A stretch of DNA of 63,081 bases, filler included, from Ministeria vibrans ATCC 50519 (lineage: Eukaryota; Protista; Filasterea): the NCBI GenBank assembly GCA_943704425.1. It is 9 parts of 9 records of this genome, joined end to end, with 100 filler letters (N's around TTAATTAATTAA, not from the genome) between each part and the next. Parts side by side here need not be neighbours in the genome. Positions count along the whole stretch, not along the records: positions 12,748 to 18,861 come from CALSCP010002519.1; positions 18,962 to 27,687 come from CALSCP010001404.1; 7 more parts are not named here. The stretch is one strand, 5' to 3'. The notes beneath the pieces are model-generated. The model did not search any database. It worked only from the letters and a program-made list of their open reading frames with translations, and was not told where the DNA came from. The translations under genes were made by a program, and so were the position numbers. Shown here piece after piece: positions 13,343 through 25,320 of the stretch. Numbering within the stretch: position 1 is the first letter of the stretch; each line of letters starts with the position of its first letter.

Positions 13343-13856
13343 GCTGATGCTGTGTGTGTGTGTGTGTGTGTGAATGTGTTTGTAAAATGTAGGAAGAACG
13401 ACAATTGCATTCTTCAACGCACTCATTGCGATCTGGTTGCCACCAACATCCAAGCGGTCCCGTGGTCTGCACTATTGGTTTTATGTTTCACACACGATCG
13501 CAGACAAGGCGCCCTCGAAGCGTGTCATTGTTGGTAACGACCAGTTGCCTACGTTCATCAGCTACAGTCCACAAAAATGCGCACTGAAACGCGCACTCTG
13601 AAAGGCTCAGCGGACTTTCTCGCTCAGACTTACTCAATCGCTAAGAAGCGGGAGTTGCATCGGACTCGAACAGGCCAGAATAGAAATTCTGCCAATGCTA
13701 TTGCAGTGTGCGAGTGAAAGGGGACTGCCTTGCACACAGTTAGTTGTGGTGGGATCGTGGGCTTAACGGCAACGCATGGGGACTGCGGAAGCTGCTGAAA
13801 AAGATTGCGCGTCGCTAGGGCGACCAATTGGAGAAAATGCAAGAAGGGTATACTAC

Positions 13857-16067
13857 TTACAAGAGCCTGCGTTTCTTGACAAGACAACCTTCAAAAGTTT
13901 CGCGCGAGAGCACCTCTGCATCGGCGTCAATCAGTGCCATGACATTGGTGCGTGCCTCATTCGTCTCCAACTGCGCCACAACGTGTGTGGCTTGTCCAAT
14001 GTCGTCCGTAACGTCTCCGCCAAACGCAATTGCGTACCGTCGGAGTTCCTTTTCGCGCTGGGAGAGTTTGTGTGTGAGTGTGTGATATGCATGGGAGGAG
14101 GTGTATACCTGAGAGTCAATGTTGAAGAAAGCAATGGTTGCACCGTCAAAGAGATCGGGAAGGGGAAAAGGAGCGGGAAAGGAGGAAGAAGAGGGAGGAG
14201 AAGGAGGTGGTTCGTGTGGCTCAAAAGTAGAGCGATCGCGCTTCAGGGAAGAAGTTGCCAGGGCAGTTTCAGTGGTTTCAGTGTGAGTGGTTTGAGTGTG
14301 GGCGGTTTGAGCGTGAGTGGTTTCAGTGTGACTGCGTTGTTGCTGTTGTGGTTGAAGGTCAGTGTCGGTGTTGATGGGTGCGTTGCGACGGTAGTAGTAG
14401 ATGTTGGCATGGACACGCGCCGGGGCCAAGCGGGCATTAAGCAGCCGCTCGACAGCATACCAGGATGCATTGCCATTGGTTGTGGTTGTGGTTGTGGCTG
14501 TGGTGGGCAGTTGCAAGCGAGGGAAGTGAAGGGTGGCGTGCAGGTTGTGCGCAGTCCGTGCCAGGGCCGATACACTCTGTGTCAGCGCTGCAATATCCAA
14601 TGGCTACAAAAAAAAGAGTGAGATGATGTGCAGAAAAAACAAAAAAAAACAAAAGAAAGACCTTGAGGCGGCCATTCTTGTCGCGGGTGTAAACCACCAT
14701 CAACGCCACGCAAACATCGTCATCGTGCGGAATCAAATGGACCTGTCCTAGGGCAAGATCATCGACACTTCCCGCCCGTTCGTACTGCTCCACGACAGTT
14801 GGGTAACGACGGCGCAGTGCGGCAAACACCCCACCGGAGCCCCACGAGCCCGAATCATCTACACAGTGCACCACAATAGCGAGTCCTGCAGTTGTGCCAG
14901 GCAATGCCCCCTTGATCGCCACCGGTCGTGTCACATCGCCATGGACATGATGAATAAATTCTTGCTCTGCGTCCCCCTCTTCCTCCACCTGACTCTCATC
15001 TTCGTCATCATCGTCATCATCTTCCTCCTCCACCACCATTCGCACATAGTTTGCATCCTCCCACTTTTTCCACTGTCGCTTCAGACGTGCCTCCTCTTTC
15101 TTCTGCGCCCGCTCCTCCCTCTCCGCCTCCGTCAACACCACGCGTGGCTTCCGTCGCATCAGCAGGGCATTCGGCAGTCCACCCATAACAAAATTCGACG
15201 TGGACGCGCCCCCCATCCCCCGTTTCGTGTTCAGCGCCAGCTGCTCCATCACAGCCGCTTCCTCCTCCGCCATTCTCCGAATCCGCTCAAAACCCGCATA
15301 CGACTTGCCTTCAAACACATGAATGTCCTCCACCGCTTCCTCCGCGTCTCCCTTCAACTTTTCTTCCCCCACGCTCGTCTTCTCCTTGATGATCCAATGA
15401 TGCGTCACCGGGTCACTCGGTCCAATCAGTCGCTCCACTTCCTCTCCACTCAGCGTCTTCACGTCGTCACTCGTACCCTCTTCCTCCGCCAACAGTTTAT
15501 CCAGTCCCACTTTGATCACATGCGCAAGATCATCCGCACTTTCCGCAGTGCTCTCCTCCTCATCTTGCACCTAAAAGTATCAAAACATGCGTCATTTTTG
15601 GTTGTCAAGTATTCAAATGTCCACTCTGACAGTTATTGCTTGTTGAGCCATTCGTTGCTTCCGTTCGGCCCGCTTCAAAATGACATGTTCGACTGTGTTG
15701 CGCGAGACGAGCCGGACAATTTTCACGGGGCGCGTCTGGCCAATGCGATGTGCACGCGCGGCTGCTTGAAGGTCGTTTTGAGGGTTGAAGTCACTGTCAT
15801 AGAATATAATCTAGAGAGAGAGAGAGAGAAAGGAGGGAAATATGTATATAATATTAGAATTATATAATAATTATTATAGTTATAATTATAATAATAATAA
15901 AATTAATATTTAAATATGAGAAGAAGAATATGGGAGTAATTGTGTGATGTGTTTACAGTGTCGGCTGAGGTGAGATTGAGACCAAGTCCGCCCGCACGAG
16001 TGCTCAGCAGAAACACATCGGCTGGGCTCTCATCGCCTGACTTATCTAAAAAAGGTGAGGGCCGAAT

Positions 16068-16156
<89 letters not shown>

Positions 16157-18050
16157 AGGAGGGGAAAAGAAACAAAAGTGATAGAGAGAGAGAAACAAAT
16201 AGAGAGAGAAAGGAGAGGAAAAGAGAAAAAATAGAGAGAAGTGATAGAGAGAAACAAATAGAGAGAGAAACAAAGTATGTATCTGGCTCTTTCTCGCAAC
16301 CATTCACACTGAGTGTATTGTGTATACTCACACTGAGTGTGTTGTGTACCATTAAATGCTGACACAGCGGCAAATCGGTCCTCTCCTCTCACATTCCCAT
16401 CGAGACGCTCATACGTCAGATTGCGAAGTGTCAAATAGTCTTGAAGAATGTCCAAGGTGCGCGTAAACTACAAAATTGGGTGAGTGTGAAAATAAAATGT
16501 GGCACGTTTTGACTAACTTGAGAGAAAATAAGAGGTCTGTGATTGTGAGTCTTAAGAAGAGCCAAAATGGAATCGAGAAGGATAAGTTTCGCACTGGAAA
16601 AGACCAAATGATCTCCCAACTCAAAAGGCTAAGTAAAAAATATATATATTATTATTATAACACTATCGAGCGTGTTGTTGATTCGTTTTTGTTACTTCTG
16701 GTTCCACTCCCGGAAACAAATACGGATGATTGACTGTTTTGCGAAGGTCTGAGAGAATGTTGTTCAGACGAGTTTTGCCCTGAGAATCAAAGGCCGAAAT
16801 GTTCTTTTGAAGAACTGCTTTGTAAAGTTTTTTTTGGAGTGGGGTAAGACCAGCAAAAAGGACAATCTGAGCGGAGAAAGAGAGAGCAAGAAGTAGGGAA
16901 ATGAGTGTTACTAAAATGCGTTCTGCTCTACAAACACTTTCACCCACTTCGCTCTGGCTCTCACTTTGCTAACCATTCGCTCTCTGTAAGACACCTTGAC
17001 TCACCCACTCTCTGAATCTCGGACGCATCTCTTTTCATAACAATAGTTTGATGAACCTTACTTCTTCTTTGAGAGGAATATCCGTTGCGACCGTTTCCTT
17101 TGTGCGTCGCAGCAGAAACGGTTCAAGCAATTCGTGGAGTTCAGAGGCATTTTCAATGCAGCCGCTGTGGGAGTCGGAGCGGAAATGGGCGACAAAGGAG
17201 GCAACGAGAGGAGGCGGAAAGATGTCGGGCGAGGTGAAGGAGAGAAGCGCGTACAGCTCAGCGAGATTGTTCTGGACGGGCGTTCCAGTAAGAATCACGC
17301 GAAAGCGGCACTTGAACTGGCTCAGCTGCAGCGACAAGTGTGAATCGGGGTTCTTCAAGCGGTGCCCTTCGTCGACAATCATGGCCGAGAACCTAAATCA
17401 AACGTGTTTACACACACACACACACACACACACACAAGATTCTAAGATCAACAATAATGCAATGAGTTTGTCGAACTTTTTGGTGCTCAGAAAATCGCCA
17501 TCCTTCAGACAGAACTCCGGCGTTGTGATAATCACTTGGAGTGGAGGTGCGTTGCGATCGTTGATGCGCACGCGCAGAGCGTCGCGCTGCTCTCTGGAGC
17601 CCATGTAGAGCAGTGCTGACAATGACGGTGCAAATTTCGCAAGTTCGTCAAACCAATTTCGCGTTACTACGGAGAACGGAGAGTGCGTGGGTGGGAGGAG
17701 GGGGAGGAGAAGGTGAGATACAGTGGGGGGGGGAGCACAAGGGGCGGGATCTCACTGGAGAGCGGCGCAACAACGAGAAAGGGGGATTTGGCGCCTTTGA
17801 CGCGCAGCAACGACAACAGCACAATGGTCTGCAGGGTCTTGCCCAGCCCCATCTCGTCGGCCAGGATGCCCCCGTGGCCGTTGCTGGCAAGGCGCAGCAG
17901 GAAGGTGGCGCCTGTGAGCTGGTAGGGGCGCAGGCGCGCCGTGATCAGCAGCGCGTCAATGTCGTCCTGCGTCACAGGCCGAATTGCCGTCGCGCTGTCG
18001 TCGCCCGCCGCCTCAACTGCTTCGCGGACGTTGCGGCGAATCCGATCCAT
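13857..18050 (-). CDS. CHD1L: CHD1L/ALC1 chromatin remodeller: SNF2 ATPase, macro domain and C-terminal BRCT-like domain
   Basis: [58 protein letters not shown] and macro [15 protein letters not shown] motifs. Confidence 0.92.
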
Positions 18051-18752
18051 CAATGATGAGAAGTTGAAAACTATTTTAATGAATAAATAGAAACTAATCA
18101 AACTAAGATACTCAAAAAGTTTTGGCAGTAAAAGAAAGGAGAGAAATTAATATGCAATGCTTCCGCCACCGGCTAGCCCCAAGATAATGAAGCACACACG
18201 ACACACATAGACTGATAGACGTACAGATACGCTCTCGTACAAAGACTATTTGAGGAATTCGCAAAGAGCACATCACTGCGGGATAGCAACGCCCACAGCA
18301 GCAGGAAGCTTCTGAGACGACTCACGACTCAGTACTCACATACGGCGGCGACCAGTGATCGATTGATCAATGATCCGTGGTAAGAATTATGAAATGGTAA
18401 GTAGTCATTCAGTCAGACCCACTTTTAGTTTCTCAAACCATAACACAGCGAAGAGCCGATGTGATGAAAATGACATTTAAAGTGACATCAGCCATCATGC
18501 GACAATACAACGACATGCTTTGTTGTTTGTGGCATGTGCTGCATGCATAGACACAGATCGGCGGTTATTCGTTCCCCGACATTGTGCCGACATTTTCTGA
18601 TTAACAGATTAACTCCGATATTCACCGAGATGGAAAAGTGCATTAGCCCAAGAATTAATTATGATAATTCTAAATTCCAAAACAAAATCACTTTAATTCT
18701 TTCAAACGCACCCACCCACCCGATCATACATCACACCAAGCATGGCTTCCGC

Positions 18753-18861
18753 ACTCGTTGAAATGCGCTGGTACGGACTGCGCTTCAGTCGCTTGACATG
18801 TTATTCATATTCACTCTGTCGTTACAGCGCCGCTGACTTTGCGACTGTCTGCGCCAACCTG
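18753..18861 (+). repeat. 109-bp exact direct repeat of the contig start (12748-12856)
   Basis: The sequence actcgttgaaatgcgctgg...gccaacctg is identical at both ends of the contig. Confidence 0.95.
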
Positions 18862-19065
18862 NNNNNNNNNNNNNNNNNNNNNNNNNNNNNNNNNNNNNNN
18901 NNNNNTTAATTAATTAANNNNNNNNNNNNNNNNNNNNNNNNNNNNNNNNNNNNNNNNNNNNTGCGTTTCAACGCGGACCTCAACGCACAAACTCAGGACA
19001 GACAGAGCGGTAGCACACAAAATCCTTTGCAATTATAATTATATTATTACATGCGTAATCTCAAC

Positions 19066-19143
<78 letters not shown>

Positions 19144-19146
19144 CTG

Positions 19147-19199
<53 letters not shown>

Positions 19200-19216
19200 T
19201 TCTGTCTCTCTCTCTC

Positions 19217-19255
<39 letters not shown>

Positions 19256-19795
19256 TGTCTGTCTCTCACTCCCCCTCTCTTTTTTTTTGCCTTTCTGCAG
19301 AAGTGACCGCGTCACAAGAACGAGTGGCGACACTGGCGAATGGTGTGTGCTTTGGCTCCCGAGGCAACGACATTGCGCACCCCGAGACCAACCTCCCAGT
19401 TGATGATGTTTTAACGCTCTACAGGGCGGCGGTGTGGACAACGACGCAGTGCGCCAGCTGTTTGACATTACCGACGAGCTTGAGGGCGACGACGACGAGT
19501 TTTGATTTTTAGTGCACAAAACTACCGGTTTATAAAATTGTCCTTGACATGACTTACTTTCTGTTGTTATCCGACGCTCTCTCGGACCTTGAAGTGCTCA
19601 CTCTACAAAATAATAATCTCACGGCCCTTCCGTCGTCGGACAGTCAGCTGTATTTTTCTGTTTGGGGTGATCAAAAGATCGGGTTGTAATAATGGAATTG
19701 AATGTGCATTGCATTGGAAAACGAAGAAGCAGTTGAGTTTTCCAGACGCTGTCGCTGTCGAACCTCGCGTCATGGTGTTGCCAACCGCGGACGGG

Positions 19796-22192
19796 TCAAA
19801 GCGCTCGTCCTCCAGCAGGAGCTGCACCACCGCCCTCCTCGATGGCCATGTGGATGACAACATTGTCATGGGTTGTTGGGTCAATGCGTGCGTCCTGCAG
19901 TAGGAGCTGTACCACCTCTACATGGCGGTGCGTACTGGCTATGCGAATGGCGTAGTTGTCATCGGCCGACGGGTCAACACGCGCGTCCTGCAGCAGGAGC
20001 TGCACCACTGCAGCACGGCCGTTCTCACTGGCCAAGCGGATGGCGTAGTTGTTATCAGCGGACGGGTCAACACGCGCATCTTGCATCAGGAGCTGCACCA
20101 CTTCTGCACGGCCAGCCTCACTAGCCTTGCGGATGGCGTAGTTGTCACCGGCGGACGGGTCAACGCGCCTATCCTGCAGCAGGAGCTGCACCACTTCTGT
20201 ACGGCCGTATATACTGGCCATGCGGATGGCGTAGTTGTCATCGGCCGACGGGTCAACACGCGCGTCCTGCAGTAACAGCTGTACTATCTCTGCTTGGCCG
20301 TACATGCTGGCCGTGCGGACGGCGTAGTTGTCATCCGACGACAGGTCAACGCGCGCGTCCTGCAGCAGGAGACGCACCACTGCTACATCTTCCTCCTCGA
20401 TGGCCATGTGAATGACAACGTTGCCATCGGCAGACGGGTCAACGCGCCCGTCACGCAGCAAGAGCTGCACCACCTCTGTACGACGAGCCTCGCTGGCCAT
20501 GCGGATGGCGTAGTTGTCATCGGCCGACGGGTCAACACGCGCGTCCTGCAGCAGGAGCTGCACCACTGCTGCATCGCCCTCCTCGATGGCCATGTGGATG
20601 ACAACATTGTCATGGGTTGTTGGGTCAACGCGCCCGTCACCCAGCAAGAGCTGCACCACCTCTGTACGGAAAGCCAAACTGGCCATGCGGATGGCGTAAT
20701 TTTCATCAGCGGACGGGTCAACGCGCCCGTCACCAAGCAAAAGCTGTACCACCTCAGTACGACCAGCCTCGCTGGCCATGCAGATGGCGTAGTTGTCATC
20801 GGCGGACGGGTCAACGCGCCCGTCACCAAGCAAAAGCTGTACCACCTCAGTACGACCAGCCTCACTAGCCTTGCGGATGGCGTAGTTGTCATCGGTCGAC
20901 GGGTCAACGCGCATGTCCTGCAGCAGAAGCTGCACCACCTCTGTACGACCAGCCTCACTAGCCTTGCGGATGGCGTAGTTGTCATCGGCGGACGGGTCAA
21001 CACGCGCATCTTGCATCAGGAGCAGCACCACCTCAGTACGACCAGCCTCACTAGCCTTGCGGATGGCGTAGTTGTCATCGGTCGACGGGTTAACACGCAT
21101 GTCCTGCAGCAGAAGCTGCACCACCTCTGTACGACCAGCCTCACTGGCCTTGCGGATGGCGTAGTTGTCATCGGCCGACGGGTCAACGCGTGCGTTCTGT
21201 AGCAAAAGCTTCACCACTTCTATATGGCCAGACTCACTGGCTAGTTGAATGGGAACGTTGTCATACGCGGACGGGTCAACGCGCGTGTCCTGCAGCAGGA
21301 GCTGCACCACCGCTGTATGGCCCCTAACACTGGCCCTACAAATGGGATCGTTGTCATTCGCCGAAGGATCAACGCGCTCATCGCCCAGCAAGACCCGCAC
21401 CACCAATGCATGGCCGTTGGCGCTGGCCCTGCGTATGGCTTTGTTGCGCTCCACCGATGGATCTCCATAACAGTCCACCAACAGAAAACGCACCAACTCC
21501 ACCTGGCCAGCGCTGCTCGCGTGAATAATCCCGCGCGTCGGGCTACATGAGGGTGGGGTATCGTCACGAGACAGGAACCAGAGGACCATTGCGATGTGTC
21601 CCCCGGAGCAAGCAGAATCAAACGCTTCCTCAAGCATGCGGGCATTGAGGCGCGCCTGCGAGTATTCAAGCAGCAGCTCCACCATGCCCTGGTGACCCTT
21701 CTTAGCCGCAGCCTTAAGCGCCTGCTTGAGGTAATCGTCGTCAACTGGTATCCGCGACAAAATTTCGCGGCCAAGAGTGACACGCCCAATACCATTCGCA
21801 GAGACCGCTGCTTCGCTGTAGAGACCACATGGAAACACAACGGTACATCGCACCAGAAGCGACATGACGCGGAAGAGGGAAAGGTTGGTGGCCTTTGAGA
21901 GCAAGTTCTGAACACGCTCCAAAGGCATCCTTCTCGTGTCCTGCCACACCAGCGGCTGTCGTCGCAAGCGAAGCAATACTTCCAGGGCGGTGGCAGCTTC
22001 GTCGCACACAGTGTTGCAGCCACACTGCCTGTACTGCTCGTCGTTGGCTTCTGAAACGTTCAACAGGGTGCGAAAGCCGTTGTGGGCGACGATATCGCGC
22101 CATTCATTGTTCACGCCGCTCAAAATGACGGCAGTACGTGGAGTACACCACGCAACAACCTCACTCTTTAGGTCGTACGAGAGACGTCGCAT
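19796..22192 (-). CDS. Intronless F-box-like / ankyrin-repeat protein (about 16 near-identical 34-aa VDPSADDNYAIR repeats); last repeat frameshifted
   Basis: N-terminal LSYDLKSEVVAWC...LSGVNNEWRDIV is F-box-like. The 102-bp repeat units are visible at DNA level. An 8-nt deletion at 19830/19831 is seen relative to the sister repeat near 20570. Confidence 0.85.
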   Translation of the reverse strand: MRRLSYDLKSEVVAWCTPRTAVILSGVNNEWRDIVAHNGFRTLLNVSEANDEQYRQCGCNTVCDEAATALEVLLRLRRQPLVWQDTRRMPLERVQNLLSKATNLSLFRVMSLLVRCTVVFPCGLYSEAAVSANGIGRVTLGREILSRIPVDDDYLKQALKAAAKKGHQGMVELLLEYSQARLNARMLEEAFDSACSGGHIAMVLWFLSRDDTPPSCSPTRGIIHASSAGQVELVRFLLVDCYGDPSVERNKAIRRASANGHALVVRVLLGDERVDPSANDNDPICRASVRGHTAVVQLLLQDTRVDPSAYDNVPIQLASESGHIEVVKLLLQNARVDPSADDNYAIRKASEAGRTEVVQLLLQDMRVNPSTDDNYAIRKASEAGRTEVVLLLMQDARVDPSADDNYAIRKASEAGRTEVVQLLLQDMRVDPSTDDNYAIRKASEAGRTEVVQLLLGDGRVDPSADDNYAICMASEAGRTEVVQLLLGDGRVDPSADENYAIRMASLAFRTEVVQLLLGDGRVDPTTHDNVVIHMAIEEGDAAVVQLLLQDARVDPSADDNYAIRMASEARRTEVVQLLLRDGRVDPSADGNVVIHMAIEEEDVAVVRLLLQDARVDLSSDDNYAVRTASMYGQAEIVQLLLQDARVDPSADDNYAIRMASIYGRTEVVQLLLQDRRVDPSAGDNYAIRKASEAGRAEVVQLLMQDARVDPSADNNYAIRLASENGRAAVVQLLLQDARVDPSADDNYAIRIASTHRHVEVVQLLLQDARIDPTTHDNVVIHMAIEEGGGAAPAGGRAL

Positions 22193-23239
22193 GATGACAC
22201 TTCTTTCGGACAGGGAGAAGAAAAAAAAGTGCAGCCATTTGTGGGTTAACTGGGTTTTTTGACTCGGTAGTATTGATGTGGTGCGGGATGTTTCGTCGTT
22301 CTTGCAGCGATCGCGCGACATTGGGTCATTTCGGCACATGTGAGTGATGTGAGTCACTCATGTGACTTGTGTGGGATACTGCGATAGACTGATCGTGAGT
22401 GTACGAGTGTTTTTGAAAAAATCTGTACAAAAATCTCGAATTTACCCTTGTCAACTTGGACACTCTTGGCACACCCTCTTTTTTCGTCACCGCACCCCGA
22501 TACCCGTATAATCTCATATCCTCCTGAGCTACCGTCGCAATGATGTCTCAATTGGAGTCTTTACCTCGCCGTGGCGTTCGGAAACGAAAAGCGAAAATGA
22601 TCAACTCGACCATTTCTGTTCAACCATCCGACCGACTCTTCTCTGTTTCGCCCGCAATCTCGCTCCCCGCTCTCTATCGCACACTCCCCAGTGCCAACCG
22701 GCTCTTAGGAGGGACGCACACGTCTCCAGGGGACGCCTAGTCTCTCTGGGCCCACGAGCGTGTCGCCGCTCAAGGACAGGAGGTACACAAGGACAAAGTG
22801 ACTAGGCGATCTTGTAGCGTGATTTACGTGCAGGATCATCTCGGATACTAGCCCCCTCTGGCTCTCTCGCAGCCAGCTCAGTCTTTCCTGTCTGTGTTTG
22901 TCATCAGAGAAAAGGAAGTGGGCGCCCGTATTATGTGCAAACGGCGAGAAGCACACGGACGTTGCTCAGGCGACGATTGTGCTGCCGGCGAGGGTGTACG
23001 AGGAGCATAGTCATTAGTCGATAGATATGGTGAATGTTCAGAAGCGCCCTGGATGCCTGCGAGTAAACAACAGAAAAAGCATTTCGCATCTGGAGGGCGA
23101 ATCTGGGGCGAATTTGTTGAGCGTACACAACCACGGCGTCTTAATTCTACAACCCTTTTCGTGATTAGAAATTCAACTGTGAACAGTAGTTCGCAAACAC
23201 AACAGCGGTCGTCCCAATCTACCCACACGCCTCGACCTT

Positions 23240-23667
23240 TCACTTTGCCCTCTCTCTCTCTCTGTGTATCTCTCCCTGCCCCCTTCTAACATAGATATCC
23301 CACCACTCAAACACACTCTTCTCTGTCCGCCCACCCAATCTGCACACACGCCTCTGTCTCTCACTCCGTCCTCTCTCGCTGTCTCTCTCCCTGCCCCCTT
23401 CTAACAGAGAAATCCCACCACCAAGGCACTGCCTACGCGTCTCTTCTATATCCACCCGCCCATCCCAATCTGCCCACACGCGCTTCTGTCTCTCACTCCG
23501 CCCTCTCTCTGCGTGCCCCCTTCTAACAGTGAAATCCCACTCCGAAAGTTGCGAGTACCCACCCAGCCCTAGTCCAGACAGCCGTGTCGGTCTCCCCACC
23601 CCCAGCCTGCACGCGAATCCCGCTCAGTCGACACGTTCCTGTCTCTCACTCCGCCCTCTCTCTCTCT

Positions 23668-23670
<3 letters not shown>
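23240..23670. repeat. Imperfect minisatellite of about 115-125 bp, 3-4 copies
   Basis: Recurring ccccttctaaca.agaaatcccac ... cccaatctgc.cacacgc..ctgtctctcactccg.cctctctc blocks. Confidence 0.75.
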
Positions 23671-23723
<53 letters not shown>

Positions 23724-23732
23724 NNNNNNNNN

Positions 23733-23776
<44 letters not shown>

Positions 23777-23832
23777 AACAAAGTGATAGAGAGAGAGAAA
23801 CAAAGTGATAGAGAGAGAGAGAGAGAGACTGA

Positions 23833-24985
23833 CTTCGAGATGGGCAATGAGCATTCCAAACTGAGTGCCCCAGTCACCCACATGGTTGATGCGCAGCACA
23901 TCGTGTCCGACAAACTCCAGCAAACGGCACAGGCACTCGCCAATGATGGTCGAGCGCAGATGGCCCACGTGCATTTCCTTGGCAATGTTGGGCGACGAGA
24001 AGTCAACGACGACACGCTTTACGGGTGCGGGTTTGGGAGCGTGCACGCCACTCTTGATCACCGTCGCGCACAGCTGCTTAACCACCGCCGGTGCCACCTC
24101 GATATTGATGAAGCCCGCCCCGGCAATCGAAAGCGAGCCAATCAAAGACGATCCCAGAGCATTTACAGCGTCCACAATGGCCTGAGCGGCGTCCCGAGGC
24201 GACTTGGGAGCGTTGGCCTACACGCGTAATGCAAAACATGGCATGAGCAATCACTCCCACCCGCAAGTCTTCCGCGTACCTGTCCCTTCAGGAGCTTGGG
24301 AAGAGCGAGTGCCGACGTGCACTGATAGTCGCCAAAGCGGCGGTTCGACGAGGGCGTGAGGTTGGCGGCGACGGCACAGCCGGGATACGCCGCTTGGATG
24401 CCGTGGTTGAAGATGGCGCGCAGGGCCGTGCACACGTTCGACATGTGCACGCTGTCCACGGCGAACGGTGCCAGCGGCTCCAGGGTGGCCTTGGGCGCGG
24501 CACGCTCCGCCTAGAGAGCGAGAGAGAGAGAGAGAGAGAGAGAAAGGAGGGACAAAGAAACAAAGTGATAGAGAGTTAGCGTTTTGGAGTGATGAGTAAC
24601 ACTCTGGAAACAAAGCGCAAGAGGGCGCCACGCGTCTCTGTGCCACACGACAGTTCCGGTAGGATGATGTGACAGCAGCGGGAACCCGCCGTGCAGACGT
24701 GTGCGGTCCTCACGGGTTGAGTGAGTGAAATTGAAGAAGAAGAAGAAAAAAAAAATGGGATTTTCACGTGTAGGCGAATTTCGCATCGTATGGCTGCCAA
24801 AGAAGAGCGATGCGGGTGCATACCTCTTCGAGAGAGCGTTTGAGGCACATGCGCTGGTACTTTAACTTGTCGTTTTCCTTCTGAAGAGCACTCAGTGCGT
24901 TTTCGCTCTTGGCGGCCACCGCTGACTCGGCCTGCGCCAGGCGCTCAGAGAGCTCCGCAAGTTTTGCTTCGGCGTCGAGGGACAT
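23833..24985 (-). CDS. RARS1: Cytoplasmic arginyl-tRNA synthetase, 5' part (truncated at a microsatellite/N gap)
   Basis: [38 protein letters not shown] and [14 protein letters not shown] motifs; N-terminal leucine-zipper exon. Confidence 0.93.
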
Positions 24986-25320
24986 CGCAATCCAATGTAA
25001 CGGCGAAAAAAAAGTTTAAATTCTAGAATAAGATTATCAGAAGAAGACAAAAGTAAATGTGATCAATCACAAAATATGTAAAGCGATGCAACACTGTTAA
25101 CACTCACTTAACAGTTCAGAGTGAGCTCAGAACTGAGTCAGAAGTCAGAACAGTGAACACATTATTGTGATTATAAATTCATATTAATTTGTCTTTTGAG
25201 CTTTTGAGTTGTCAAAATCCGTAACAGTGAAAAGACGGATATTATTGGAGTCGGCACTTGAGTCAGTCATGAGACAAATTTCCTTAAAACTACAGAATCT
25301 GGCCTTCATTCTACTCACGA

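Noticed and set aside
14866-15867. Long antisense or alternative-frame ORFs (also 5284-6156, 20294-21202, 53209-54342)
   Set aside because: They are shadows of real repetitive or biased coding sequence on the opposite strand.
19039-19519. ERERER/SLSLSL and poly-Cys ORFs (also 39577-40077, 57738-58085)
   Set aside because: They are translations of intronic microsatellites.
22350-25265. TGAGTCA (AP-1-like) sites in intergenic DNA at 22350, 25134 and 25259
   Set aside because: A 7-mer in TGAG/TCAG-rich sequence; enrichment cannot be shown without counting.
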